In this document: positions 8,167 through 16,864 of the stretch, one piece after another
Position numbering within the stretch: the stretch's first letter is position 1
Layout of the letters: each line of letters starts with the position of its first letter
DNA from: a bacterium
GTDB taxonomy: Bacteria; Armatimonadota; Zipacnadia; Zipacnadales; Zipacnadaceae
Length of the DNA: 39,465 nt
Reading direction: 5' to 3'
Assembly: GCA_030607655.1 (NCBI GenBank)
Contig: JAUWJN010000001.1
Coordinates: 1 to 39,465 of the forward strand
Notes under the pieces: model-generated
What the model was told of the DNA's origin: nothing
The model's input: the letters and a program-made list of their open reading frames with translations, nothing else
Database searches by the model: none
Position numbers and translations under genes: made by a program

Positions 8167-8450
8167 CTAATATAGGCCCCCGGCACAAGCCGGCGGCCAG
8201 TTTGGCTCACGGCTATTGGTCTCCTCTCTATGATAATATTGTATACTATATGTTAATAGTACAACAACATACTTCACGCGTCGCAGGCCCCTATCTAATT
8301 ATCGGCTCATTGCCCGTCTATAAGTACTTGCACCCCACTATTGTTATTAGCTATCTTCCCCCTATATAAAGGGCAAACTATCTCCTATCACGAATTACTA
8401 ACTTGCCCACTTGGAGTTATTGCAGCGACACAACAAAGAGAGGTTTAGTA

Positions 8451-11159
8451 ATGTCTATTCAGCACATTAAGCTAGTTGCCTCTATGTTAGTATTCCTATA
8501 TATAGCCGGCGGCCTCGCTACTAGCCAGGCAACACAAGTACAGGAACAGACTAGTGAACCACCACCAAACACACTGCGACTAGATTCCTTGACGAAAGAT
8601 ACGCCACCTTCCGGGGCAGGGCCTAATACTGATGATAAGAAAGCGACCCCGCCGATAGATTCAAACGGCCCTACCAGTATAACGGCCCGATTCAAGCAGC
8701 TTCCTAGATTCGCGCTACACATTTTTCGCGAAGGTGTAGGACAGCCTCCGGCACTATCCCGAGAGCAAGGGGCACTCCACGCAACCCCTGTCTCTGGGGC
8801 CTATGTACTTGGCCCAGGCGACGTATTGGCGGTACGCTGCTGGCGGGGCCCGCGCGAGAATGTAAATCAAGCAGTAGCAGTGGATGCCGAAGGGAACGTG
8901 CAGCTACCATTCCTCGGAGAGATACCCATAGCCGGCGAAACACTAACTGCCGCAAGCGACCTAATCACAAAAGAATATACGAGGATATACACAAGCACGC
9001 AGGTCAGCGTTACGGTGGCCAGGCCGCGAACCGTAGAGGTTTATGTGATGGGCGAGGCACGATGGCCGGGCAAGTATACCCTTCCGGGGAATGCCACAGT
9101 GCTTATGGCCTTGCGCGCCGCGGGGGGATCCTCTGACATTGGCTCACTGCGCCAGATACGGCTGCTGAGGCACTCCCCAGACGACGCGGCACCTATATGT
9201 CAGAATATAGATTTGTATGACTACTTGGTACATGGGCGACCTACCGAGGAGACAGGCCTACAAACCGGCGACACTGTATTTGTGCCGGTAGCAGGGGCTG
9301 AAGTTGGGATCACTGGCGAGGTGATGAGGCCAGCGAGGTATGAGCTAAAGGAGGACGAGCGGCTACGTGGCCTTATCAACATGAGCGGCGGACTTCAGCC
9401 CACGGCCGACCCTGCCACGATACATATTTGGCGAAGTACGGCTCAAGGGCGACAATTGCTGTCGGTTGATATAAGCCAAATAGACGAGGAGCATGGATCG
9501 ATACAGCTGGCCCCTGGAGATTTTGTGGAAGTGCTAGCGGCACCCGATGCGCCCGTAAATGTAGTGCAAGTCAGTGGGGCAGTGAAACGGCCCGGCACCT
9601 ATACCTATGTGGCAGGGGAGCGCGTAAGCGATCTGATTAGGAAGGCTGGTGGCTTAGGGGAGACAGCGCACACTGAGCGAGGCAAGCTACTTCGGCGCGA
9701 TGAAACACGTCATTATCACGCTCTGTACTTCGCGGTAGGAGCAGCTATGGACGGCGACGGGGTAGAGGACCGGCCCCTTAAAGATTACGATAAAGTAGTG
9801 ATCTATACTCAGGCCGAGATGGAGCCGCCCTCGCAAGTGATAATACGAGGTCCGGTCGGGCGGCCCGGGTGCTATGAGGGGGCCGCCGGAATGAAGGTAA
9901 GCGACCTAGTGCTGCAAGCTGGGGGGTTGCTGGAAGAGGCATATGGACTGTGTGCTCGCATTCTACGCCGGGGCCCAGCGAACAGGCAGCACCTAGTGCC
10001 CGTCGCCCTATACGAAGCAATGCGGGGCGAGAGGGAGGCCGATATTCTCCTTAAGCGCGCGGATATAGTGGAAATTCTAGTCACTGAAGAGGTCGTGACT
10101 CCTAGTGAGGTGCGGATTTCCGGCTATGTAAATAACCCAGGAACTTACAAACGGCATGAGGGAATGCGGGTCACCGACCTAATCCTGATGGCGGGAGGGC
10201 TGATGCCAGGCGCCGGGCCTAGCCTACAGTGTATTAGGGGCAGGACACAGGATACCATTGACACCGTAGAGCTCAGCCTGCAAGAGGACAGCACTGAAGA
10301 GAAATTCTCTGTGGGGCCCGACTTAATCCTAAAGGATGATGACCACGTAGCGGTCCTCGGCTCAGGTGAATTTGTCAGACACCCGCCGGTAGTAATTATA
10401 GAGGGCCAGGTAAAGCGGCCCGGCGCCTATCCATTGCAGAGGCGCGGGGGCACACTATGGGCAGTGCTGCAAGCGGCGGGAGGGTTGATAGAAAGAGCCA
10501 ACCCCCGGGGCATTATCGTATATCGTGTCCAAGAGCAATTTTTCTCGGCGGGCCAGAAATATGAAGCAATTGCTGAGCTGCGGCAGGTGCTAAGTACCTT
10601 TAACCGGGAGCGCAAGGAACAGATACTGGAGAGAGGCGGGCGCAGCGAGGTTGTACAGGGCCAGATAGGCAGGGCCCTGACTAACATATTTTCCTCAGAG
10701 GGCGGGGCGACCGTAGTGGTCCCGCCCCGGCTGCTAAGTGAAGACGTTTGGGCTGAAGCCATACCGGTTAGCGGCGAGCGGCTGATCGCCTCCGGCGGCA
10801 GGGAAGAAGACTTGGAACTAATGGATGGCGACTACATAGTAGTGGCCAAGCGGACAAACACGGTTGGCGTAGTAGGCGCGGTAGTGCGGTCGGGTGCAAT
10901 ACCGTACGAAGGCCCGTATTCGCCGCATAGATATGTAGAGTTGGCCGGAGGCGCGGCTGAGGATGCCAATCTGGAGCGGCTGGTTGTTGTGCGGGCGAAC
11001 ACGCGCGTGGTGCCCGGTAGGAGAGTCAAAGAAGTTTATCCGGGCGATGTCATAATAGTGCCTTCCGACTTCATGGTGCGAACCGTGCGGACCAGCAGCG
11101 GCTATGAGAGAATCATACGGAGTTTAGTTGGATTAGCCACAGCCTTCTTGATATTCTAG
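8451..11159 (+). CDS. Outer-membrane polysaccharide export (OPX, Wza-like) protein with about 7 SLBB domains
   Basis: Poly_export signature YVLGPGDVLAVRCW...VDAEGNVQLPFLGEIPIAGETL. It is followed by seven repeats of the pattern V.V.G.V..PG.Y......v.dli..AGG. and a hydrophobic C-terminal helix (LVGLATAFLIF). I prefer the ATG at 8451 (MSIQHIKLVASMLVFLY, AGAGAGG upstream) over the TTG at 8403. Confidence 0.85.
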   Translation: MSIQHIKLVASMLVFLYIAGGLATSQATQVQEQTSEPPPNTLRLDSLTKDTPPSGAGPNTDDKKATPPIDSNGPTSITARFKQLPRFALHIFREGVGQPPALSREQGALHATPVSGAYVLGPGDVLAVRCWRGPRENVNQAVAVDAEGNVQLPFLGEIPIAGETLTAASDLITKEYTRIYTSTQVSVTVARPRTVEVYVMGEARWPGKYTLPGNATVLMALRAAGGSSDIGSLRQIRLLRHSPDDAAPICQNIDLYDYLVHGRPTEETGLQTGDTVFVPVAGAEVGITGEVMRPARYELKEDERLRGLINMSGGLQPTADPATIHIWRSTAQGRQLLSVDISQIDEEHGSIQLAPGDFVEVLAAPDAPVNVVQVSGAVKRPGTYTYVAGERVSDLIRKAGGLGETAHTERGKLLRRDETRHYHALYFAVGAAMDGDGVEDRPLKDYDKVVIYTQAEMEPPSQVIIRGPVGRPGCYEGAAGMKVSDLVLQAGGLLEEAYGLCARILRRGPANRQHLVPVALYEAMRGEREADILLKRADIVEILVTEEVVTPSEVRISGYVNNPGTYKRHEGMRVTDLILMAGGLMPGAGPSLQCIRGRTQDTIDTVELSLQEDSTEEKFSVGPDLILKDDDHVAVLGSGEFVRHPPVVIIEGQVKRPGAYPLQRRGGTLWAVLQAAGGLIERANPRGIIVYRVQEQFFSAGQKYEAIAELRQVLSTFNRERKEQILERGGRSEVVQGQIGRALTNIFSSEGGATVVVPPRLLSEDVWAEAIPVSGERLIASGGREEDLELMDGDYIVVAKRTNTVGVVGAVVRSGAIPYEGPYSPHRYVELAGGAAEDANLERLVVVRANTRVVPGRRVKEVYPGDVIIVPSDFMVRTVRTSSGYERIIRSLVGLATAFLIF

Positions 11160-11179
11160 GATAGCGGGCAATAGGATGT

Positions 11180-12700
11180 TTGTGCCCGACTTCTTATACA
11201 AACCTAGACAATAAGCCCCTAATGTCGAACCCTGAAGAATATAGAGAAACTACCATACAGGAATATATCTGCCATATTGCAACTCGGTGGCGAACGATAA
11301 CTAGCCTGACCCTAGTCGCTGCGGCCGTAGCGGGACTATACAGCATATTAGTGGCCGGGCAGGTGTATGTTGCTCGGGGTGCGATCATAGCCACCGGGGA
11401 GCTATCTACAGTGCCCATAGGGCTGGAAAAGTTACTGCCAGGCGCAAGCCTCGAAGTGTTGCCGGTAGCAGTTCGGCCCGAGGCAGATATGTGCACAGCA
11501 ATATTGAAAAGCCGAACCGTCCGACAGCAACTGGTTAGGCGGCATAAGCTTGGCCGGATTTGGGGAATCACAAGCGAAGAGGCGGCAGTGAAAGTGCTAC
11601 AAGAAAAGACTCATATTGAGGTGGGGCAGCCCAATGTAGTCGAAATAGAGGTGAGGCTATCGGGGGCCCCGCGAGTATTGGCGGGAGGAGCAAGGAATGA
11701 ACGGATACGGCAGCTATCCGCGCGCCTGGTTAACAGCTATGTCCAGGCATTACAGGATAAGCTCGCTACCCTGCATCTGTCGGCAGCTAAACGCAAACGG
11801 GTTTTCCTCGAGAAGAAAAAATCTCAGAGCCTTATGCAACTGAAGCAGGCCGAGGAAAGCTTGCAGAGATGGGAGAGTGAGAACAAGTTAATCAACGCCC
11901 AGCAAGCTGGCAAGTTAGCGACCGAGGAGCTGGTGGCGTTACAGCAGAAGAGGGTCCAGGCTCAGTTGGAACTAGAGGCCATAGCGGAGGAGATCGCCAA
12001 GGCTAAACAGTTACTAGACGAGCAGCCACAGTTGCAGATAGCGTCCCTGGAGCAGGAAGCGAATCCCCTTATAATCCAACTCCGCGAGAGGCTTGTCCAA
12101 TTAGAGGCCGATCTAGCGACAGCGGTAGAGATAAAAGGGGAAACAGAATTTCATCCCGAAGTGGAAGAATTGCACCAGCAAATAGAGGCGACCCAACAAG
12201 CGCTAGCGCAGCAGCAACAGCAGCAGATGTTCATCGCACGTAAGGTCGAGACGCGCAACCCAGCCACCACGGCACTACTCGAGCAATTACTACCTTTACA
12301 GATAAAGAGGCAGGCACTGGCGGCCAAGCAAGACGGGTTAAAGCGAGCCATAGACGAGGCAGAGAGAGGAATTATAGGGCTATCGGCGCAGGCCATGGAA
12401 TATGGCCGCCTCCTCCGCGAGATTAGCGTCAGGGAGGCAGTATATCAGGCGGTAGTGAGCGAGTACGAACAAGCTCTGATCGCTGAACAGGCAGAAGAGC
12501 CACAGGTATATGTTCTGGACGAGGCGGTGCCGCCAGAGCGAGCTAGTGCTCCCCGGGTAAGCCTAAACATGGGCCTGGCAGGCTTTGCGGCAATGATAGT
12601 AGGGCTATTGTGGGCCCTCAGCCAGGGAGAACTGCCTAACATAAAGCTGGCGAGTAGCGCGCCCCGCGAAGTGAAGGAGGACCAGCCCCAGGGAAAGTGA
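11180..12700 (+). CDS. Polysaccharide co-polymerase / chain-length determinant (Wzz/GumC-like), with no tyrosine-kinase domain
   Basis: TM1 is ITSLTLVAAAVAGLYSILVAG. A long coiled-coil periplasmic region follows, then a Pro-rich segment (VPPERASAPRV) and TM2 (GLAGFAAMIVGLLWAL) at the C-terminus. There is no Walker motif. The start is ambiguous: TTG at 11180 or ATG at 11222. Confidence 0.75.
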   Translation: MCPTSYTNLDNKPLMSNPEEYRETTIQEYICHIATRWRTITSLTLVAAAVAGLYSILVAGQVYVARGAIIATGELSTVPIGLEKLLPGASLEVLPVAVRPEADMCTAILKSRTVRQQLVRRHKLGRIWGITSEEAAVKVLQEKTHIEVGQPNVVEIEVRLSGAPRVLAGGARNERIRQLSARLVNSYVQALQDKLATLHLSAAKRKRVFLEKKKSQSLMQLKQAEESLQRWESENKLINAQQAGKLATEELVALQQKRVQAQLELEAIAEEIAKAKQLLDEQPQLQIASLEQEANPLIIQLRERLVQLEADLATAVEIKGETEFHPEVEELHQQIEATQQALAQQQQQQMFIARKVETRNPATTALLEQLLPLQIKRQALAAKQDGLKRAIDEAERGIIGLSAQAMEYGRLLREISVREAVYQAVVSEYEQALIAEQAEEPQVYVLDEAVPPERASAPRVSLNMGLAGFAAMIVGLLWALSQGELPNIKLASSAPREVKEDQPQGK

Positions 12701-14079
12701 GCTTCTCCACAAGCGCCGAGAAAAATCAGATCATCCGCCAATGGGCGGGCCTGTGTATAGCTGGGGCCGTTGTTGGTATAAGCGTTGGCGCGATAGCAAC
12801 CACCGCTGGCGCCAGCCCTGTATTACTATTAGGGGGCCTGGCATTAGTAGTTGCCGGATGGTTGATAGTAATGGCCAGACGGGCGAGACAGGATTGGCTA
12901 GCGCCACCGGTACTATTCCTGGTGGCGGTAGTATTATATTATGTAGTGCGGCCGGTCAGCCTGGCGCTAGGGATGCAGCCCATAGGGCAGAAGACATCGC
13001 ACCATATACATACGGCGTTGGGGCTAGTGGCATTGACAGTGTTAGGATTTGCGTGGGGATACAAATTGCGGGGCAGCAAGATTATCGCTCGTTGGATACC
13101 CCAGGCCGCCAGTGGCTGGGGCCAGCGAAGGGTTGCGGTAGCAATCGGCGGGCTGTGGGTATTGGGCATGGCCTGTTGGGTGCTTTTGATGTGGCGCAGC
13201 GGGGGAGTAGCCGCCCGCTTCGCCGGATATGGCACAGGCCTAGCCGTCGGCCAGGGGGTTCTGGTTGTCCTGAGTGCCGCCGGGCTGGCACTGGCCTTGA
13301 CGTTGGCCTGGATGCAATACTTGTGGGGGAACGTTGGCCGATTAGCTATGGTTGCTGTGGCGATCATGACCGTGCCAATGCTGGCCATGCACGGCCAGCG
13401 CAGCGCCTTGCTAGTGCCACTACTGATGACAGTGACCATCTATCATTATCAGTGCCAACGCCTAAGTCTAAGGAGTCTGGCAATAATAGGCCTAGTAGTA
13501 ATGATGATATCTGTGGCATTGGCGCTACCCCGATTGCAATTGGCGGCTTGGGCGATGGCGCCGCCCCATGCTCTGGCATACGCCAGAATGGCAGGCTGGT
13601 TATTGGTGCGCAATTTGACTTCGTTTGATGCACTTATGGTGGCAGCGGGCGGAGTGCCGCAGCGAATAGACTATCAATGGGGGCGGGGGTATCTGGATGC
13701 GCTAGCGATGATGGTGCCGCGATGGTTATACGCGGACAAGCCCATGCGCAACTTGTTCAATCGGGTCTTACGGCCGGGCCGAACGACCTCGATGGCTCTA
13801 CCACCGGCGGGGGAGGGGTATTTGAATTTTGGGTGGGGCGGAGCGCTGCTGGAAAGTGTCCTGCTCGGTTTGATATACGGCGTAGCCTACGCATACCGCC
13901 GCCAGCACCCCGCTAATGAGGGCGCCCTATTCACCTACGCATTTTCCGTTGCGTTCTTTATGATTATCTTCCGGGGTGGGTTGATGGGCGGACATATTGG
14001 CCTGCTGATAGTGTGCCTGGTGCTGATAGCGTTAGTCACTATTTTCTGCGCACGGGGCAGGCTTCTGGTCAAAACATAA
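12697..14079 (+). CDS. Polytopic membrane protein, putative repeat-unit polymerase / O-antigen-ligase-like (Wzy-like)
   Basis: 460 aa with at least 10 hydrophobic helices. The GTG start overlaps the upstream stop (GTGA). It lies between the PCP and glycosyltransferase genes. The call rests on topology and position, not on a motif. Confidence 0.5.
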   Translation: MSFSTSAEKNQIIRQWAGLCIAGAVVGISVGAIATTAGASPVLLLGGLALVVAGWLIVMARRARQDWLAPPVLFLVAVVLYYVVRPVSLALGMQPIGQKTSHHIHTALGLVALTVLGFAWGYKLRGSKIIARWIPQAASGWGQRRVAVAIGGLWVLGMACWVLLMWRSGGVAARFAGYGTGLAVGQGVLVVLSAAGLALALTLAWMQYLWGNVGRLAMVAVAIMTVPMLAMHGQRSALLVPLLMTVTIYHYQCQRLSLRSLAIIGLVVMMISVALALPRLQLAAWAMAPPHALAYARMAGWLLVRNLTSFDALMVAAGGVPQRIDYQWGRGYLDALAMMVPRWLYADKPMRNLFNRVLRPGRTTSMALPPAGEGYLNFGWGGALLESVLLGLIYGVAYAYRRQHPANEGALFTYAFSVAFFMIIFRGGLMGGHIGLLIVCLVLIALVTIFCARGRLLVKT

Positions 14080-14126
14080 CCCTAGCCACAATGGTATAAA
14101 TTACCACGCTGGGAAGGGGCGAGCCG

Positions 14127-15074
14127 ATGCTGATAAGAAGCCGCGCACCAGTCAGAGTTGACTTTGCCGGGGCTTGGACGGACGTGCCAGATTTCTATGA
14201 GCCCTTCACCGGAGCGACTCTCAATGCCGCCATACAGCTTTATGTGAGCGGGCAACTGGATACTTATGAGGATGAAGAGAGCCATCAGATAGGCAAGACG
14301 GTATCGGGGCCTAGCGGGAAGTATAGCGCAACCTCACAGGCGGGCCTGAGGGTGCAATACGAAAGTACGATACCCGCAGGCAGTGGGCTGGGCACATCGG
14401 CGGCGCTAAATGTAGTGTGGCTATCATTAGCCAGGCGTACGCCAGTGGAGACAGTGGAGGACAGAATGGACACTGCGGAGTTGGCATATAAGGTTGAAGG
14501 GACGCTGGGGATCCTTGGCGGTAAGCAGGACCAGTATGCCTCGGCAGTGGGCGGGATCAACCTGTTTGAGTTTGATGCCGACGAGGTCCGTCGGCATCCA
14601 GTAAAAATGCCTGCGGAAAACGTGAAGCAACTCGAGGATATGCTGGTGCTGTGTTACACTGGCAAATCGCGGCTGTCTTCTAGTATTCATCGGAACGTCT
14701 GGGCTAACTTCCGGGCGGGCAAGCAAGAAACTGTACGTGCCCTGTTTACGCTTCGCGATACCGCGTATGAGGCAAAGGGCTGTCTGGAGACAGGCAACCT
14801 TGAGCGCTTTGGCGAGTTGTTGACTGTTCAGTTCGAATGCGCCCGGGACCTGGACAGCTCCACCACCAACGAACAGATAGACGAACTATTTGACCTGGCC
14901 GCCCCGATGACCGTTGGGGGTAAGCCCTGCGGAGCAGGCGGGGGAGGTTGCCTGCTATTCCTCGCCAAATCTCCCCAGAGCGCAAAAGACCTTGAGGACG
15001 AACTAAGGCGGCGGCGCCTGACAGTAATAGACCTGCGGGTTGATTTCGAGGGGCTGAAGTTAGGCGCAGATTAA
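14127..15074 (+). CDS. GHMP-family sugar kinase (HddA/fucokinase-like)
   Basis: RAPVRVDFAGAWTDVP at the N-terminus, motif II PAGSGLGTSAALNVV, GGKQDQYASAVGG, and motif III KPCGAGGGGCLLF. Confidence 0.8.
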   Translation: MLIRSRAPVRVDFAGAWTDVPDFYEPFTGATLNAAIQLYVSGQLDTYEDEESHQIGKTVSGPSGKYSATSQAGLRVQYESTIPAGSGLGTSAALNVVWLSLARRTPVETVEDRMDTAELAYKVEGTLGILGGKQDQYASAVGGINLFEFDADEVRRHPVKMPAENVKQLEDMLVLCYTGKSRLSSSIHRNVWANFRAGKQETVRALFTLRDTAYEAKGCLETGNLERFGELLTVQFECARDLDSSTTNEQIDELFDLAAPMTVGGKPCGAGGGGCLLFLAKSPQSAKDLEDELRRRRLTVIDLRVDFEGLKLGAD

Positions 15075-15275
15075 AAGCTTTGCCAGAGTTGCCCGCGCAG
15101 TTCCGCGCCTGCGATAGCAGGCGAAGGACAGTCTGCGACAGGCCTTGCCCGAAGGCAGAAGGCGCGCGGGGAGCTGGCTTTTCCCCGGGGTGAACTTGCG
15201 AACCCCAAGAGCGGATTTCCTGCGTGTAGTGTTTATAAGCTTTTGGCGCTAGGGGGGAAGAGACAGGCACTTCTA

Positions 15276-16421
15276 ATGCGGATTGGAATTGATGCGTTAG
15301 CATGGGCACCGGGCCGCCAGGCCGGGGTAGATACATATTTGCGGCACCAGGTAGCGGCCCTGCAAGAGATTGACAGTAACAATGAATATGTTATTTTTGT
15401 AAGCAGGGAAGCGCGCGCGCGCCTGGGATTAGTGGCGGAGAACTTCCGTGAGGCGACCTGTCCCATATACAGTCAATGGCGGCCGCTACGCGCCGTATGG
15501 GAGCAGACTGCTCTGGCGGCCCGGACTAGGGCAGAGGGAATAGAGGCGCTGCTATGTGTCGGCGGAATAGTACCGCCGAATCTGGGAGCACCGACGATAC
15601 AGGTCATACATGACTTACAGGCGTTTCATTACCCCGAAAACTTTTCATGGACGAAACGACGATTTCTCACCTGGGCACTGCCGCGATCAGCGCAGGCGGC
15701 AGCGCTAACGATAGCCAGCTCAGAGTATACCCGCGGGGACGTCATTAAGTTTCTCGGCCAACCTCCCGAGAAAATACGAGTTGTCCTGCTGGCGGCCGGG
15801 ACTGAATTCCGGCCCGCCTCGCCGGAGGCTATGGCCCAGGTAAGGAGCAAGTACAATATAGCAGGTGAGTATCTACTATGCGTGGCCACGGCCCATCGGC
15901 ATAAGAATATAGCAGGGCTGGTCGCGGCGTATGATGAGGCGATAGGGGAGAAGTGGACAGGGAAGCTAGTGCTGGCCGGGCGGGCTGGTTCCGGCTCGGC
16001 CCAACTGCTGGCCGCGATCCGCGCTAGTCACCACCAGGACAGGATAAGACTATTGGGCCGCGTGGACGAGGGCAGTTTGCCGGCACTGTACAGTGGTGCT
16101 ACCGCCTTCATAATGCCCTCTCTATTTGAAGGTTTTGGGATGACGGTACTCGAGGCAATGCAGTGTGGCTGCCCGGTCGTATGCAGTAATCTTACCGCGG
16201 CCCCGGAGGCAGCAGGTCAGGCCGCCTTACTGTTTGACCCCAGAGATCAGAGGCAGTTTCGCAAGGCACTAGTGCGAATTATTAGTGACGACCAACTGCG
16301 CGATAATTTACGCGAGAGAGGATTTGCGCAGGCGCGACGATTTAGCTGGCAGGACACGGCCCAAAAGACTCTATCTGCAATTCAAGAAGCAGTCCGCAAT
16401 AGTAGAATTTTGTCTGGTTAG
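15276..16421 (+). CDS. Glycosyltransferase, GT4 (GT-B, group 1)
   Basis: MRIGIDALA at the start, and the C-terminal PSLFEGFGMTVLEAMQCGCPVVCSN (E-x7-E region). I prefer the ATG at 15276 to the TTG at 15243. Confidence 0.85.
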   Translation: MRIGIDALAWAPGRQAGVDTYLRHQVAALQEIDSNNEYVIFVSREARARLGLVAENFREATCPIYSQWRPLRAVWEQTALAARTRAEGIEALLCVGGIVPPNLGAPTIQVIHDLQAFHYPENFSWTKRRFLTWALPRSAQAAALTIASSEYTRGDVIKFLGQPPEKIRVVLLAAGTEFRPASPEAMAQVRSKYNIAGEYLLCVATAHRHKNIAGLVAAYDEAIGEKWTGKLVLAGRAGSGSAQLLAAIRASHHQDRIRLLGRVDEGSLPALYSGATAFIMPSLFEGFGMTVLEAMQCGCPVVCSNLTAAPEAAGQAALLFDPRDQRQFRKALVRIISDDQLRDNLRERGFAQARRFSWQDTAQKTLSAIQEAVRNSRILSG

Positions 16422-16554
16422 GCCCGCAGCTTGCTCGAGACACTACAGTAGATAGCCCCATCGAGTCCGCTCAACAGTTCTAGCCCCTCTCTATGTCTTA
16501 GAAGGGCCATCTCTACCCCAACCCTTGCTACCTAGCAACCTCGCCGGCCAGCTA

Positions 16555-16609
16555 TTGACAGTACCTGCCGAATGTGTTACGCTCTCATAAGAGTGTTATA
16601 GGAGCGTAA
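16555..16609 (+). promoter_or_regulatory. Promoter plus inverted-repeat operator in front of the RHH gene
   Basis: TTGACA 16555-16560, 17-nt spacer, TACGCT 16578-16583. The inverted repeat TTACGCTC (16577-16584) / GAGCGTAA (16602-16609) overlaps the -10 box and the AGGAG Shine-Dalgarno. GTGTTA direct repeats occur at 16574 and 16592. Confidence 0.4.
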
Positions 16610-16837
16610 GTGGTTATGCCTGGCCAGAGCGATAAGGTCACCATTAAGATCCCTCGGCCCCTATATAACAGAATAGGCAAGCTCATCGAGGAATCTGGAT
16701 ATAACTCGGTAACGGATTTCGTCGTGTATGTTCTAAGGGACATCGCTAGCGTGCATAATAGGGCAGAGGACGAGGTATATTCGGAGGAAGAACTTCAGCG
16801 GGTTAAAGAACACCTGCACAGGCTGGGGTATCTATAA
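16610..16837 (+). CDS. CopG/ribbon-helix-helix family regulator
   Basis: KVTIKIPRPLYNRIGKLIEESGYNSVTDFVVYVLRDIAS shows a strand-helix-helix pattern. It is the first gene of the sat operon. The start is either the GTG at 16610 or the ATG at 16616. Confidence 0.65.
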   Translation: MVMPGQSDKVTIKIPRPLYNRIGKLIEESGYNSVTDFVVYVLRDIASVHNRAEDEVYSEEELQRVKEHLHRLGYL

Positions 16838-16864
16838 GCTTCCACCTGGCCCCCAGTCTCAGGA

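Noticed and set aside
7821-8369. ORFs of 64 aa and 84 aa in the 670-bp gap upstream of the first OPX gene
   Set aside because: They have no ribosome-binding sites, no motifs and odd composition. The region is better explained as regulatory or origin-like DNA.
12741-13628. 295-aa alternative-frame ORF, and the 166-aa antisense ORF at 12939-13439, inside the Wzy-like gene
   Set aside because: Their Arg/Gly/Pro-rich composition is typical of off-frame reading of a GC-rich membrane-protein gene. The in-frame polytopic protein explains the region.
15075-15241. AAGCTT sites at both ends of the GHMP-kinase/GT4 spacer as a possible cloning or insertion scar
   Set aside because: Two 6-bp sites 160 bp apart are expected by chance. 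There are no flanking direct repeats or vector-like sequence.
14746-15336. 196-aa minus-strand ORF bridging the GHMP kinase and the GT4 gene
   Set aside because: It is antisense to two well-supported genes and its sequence is Pro/Arg/Ser-rich low complexity.
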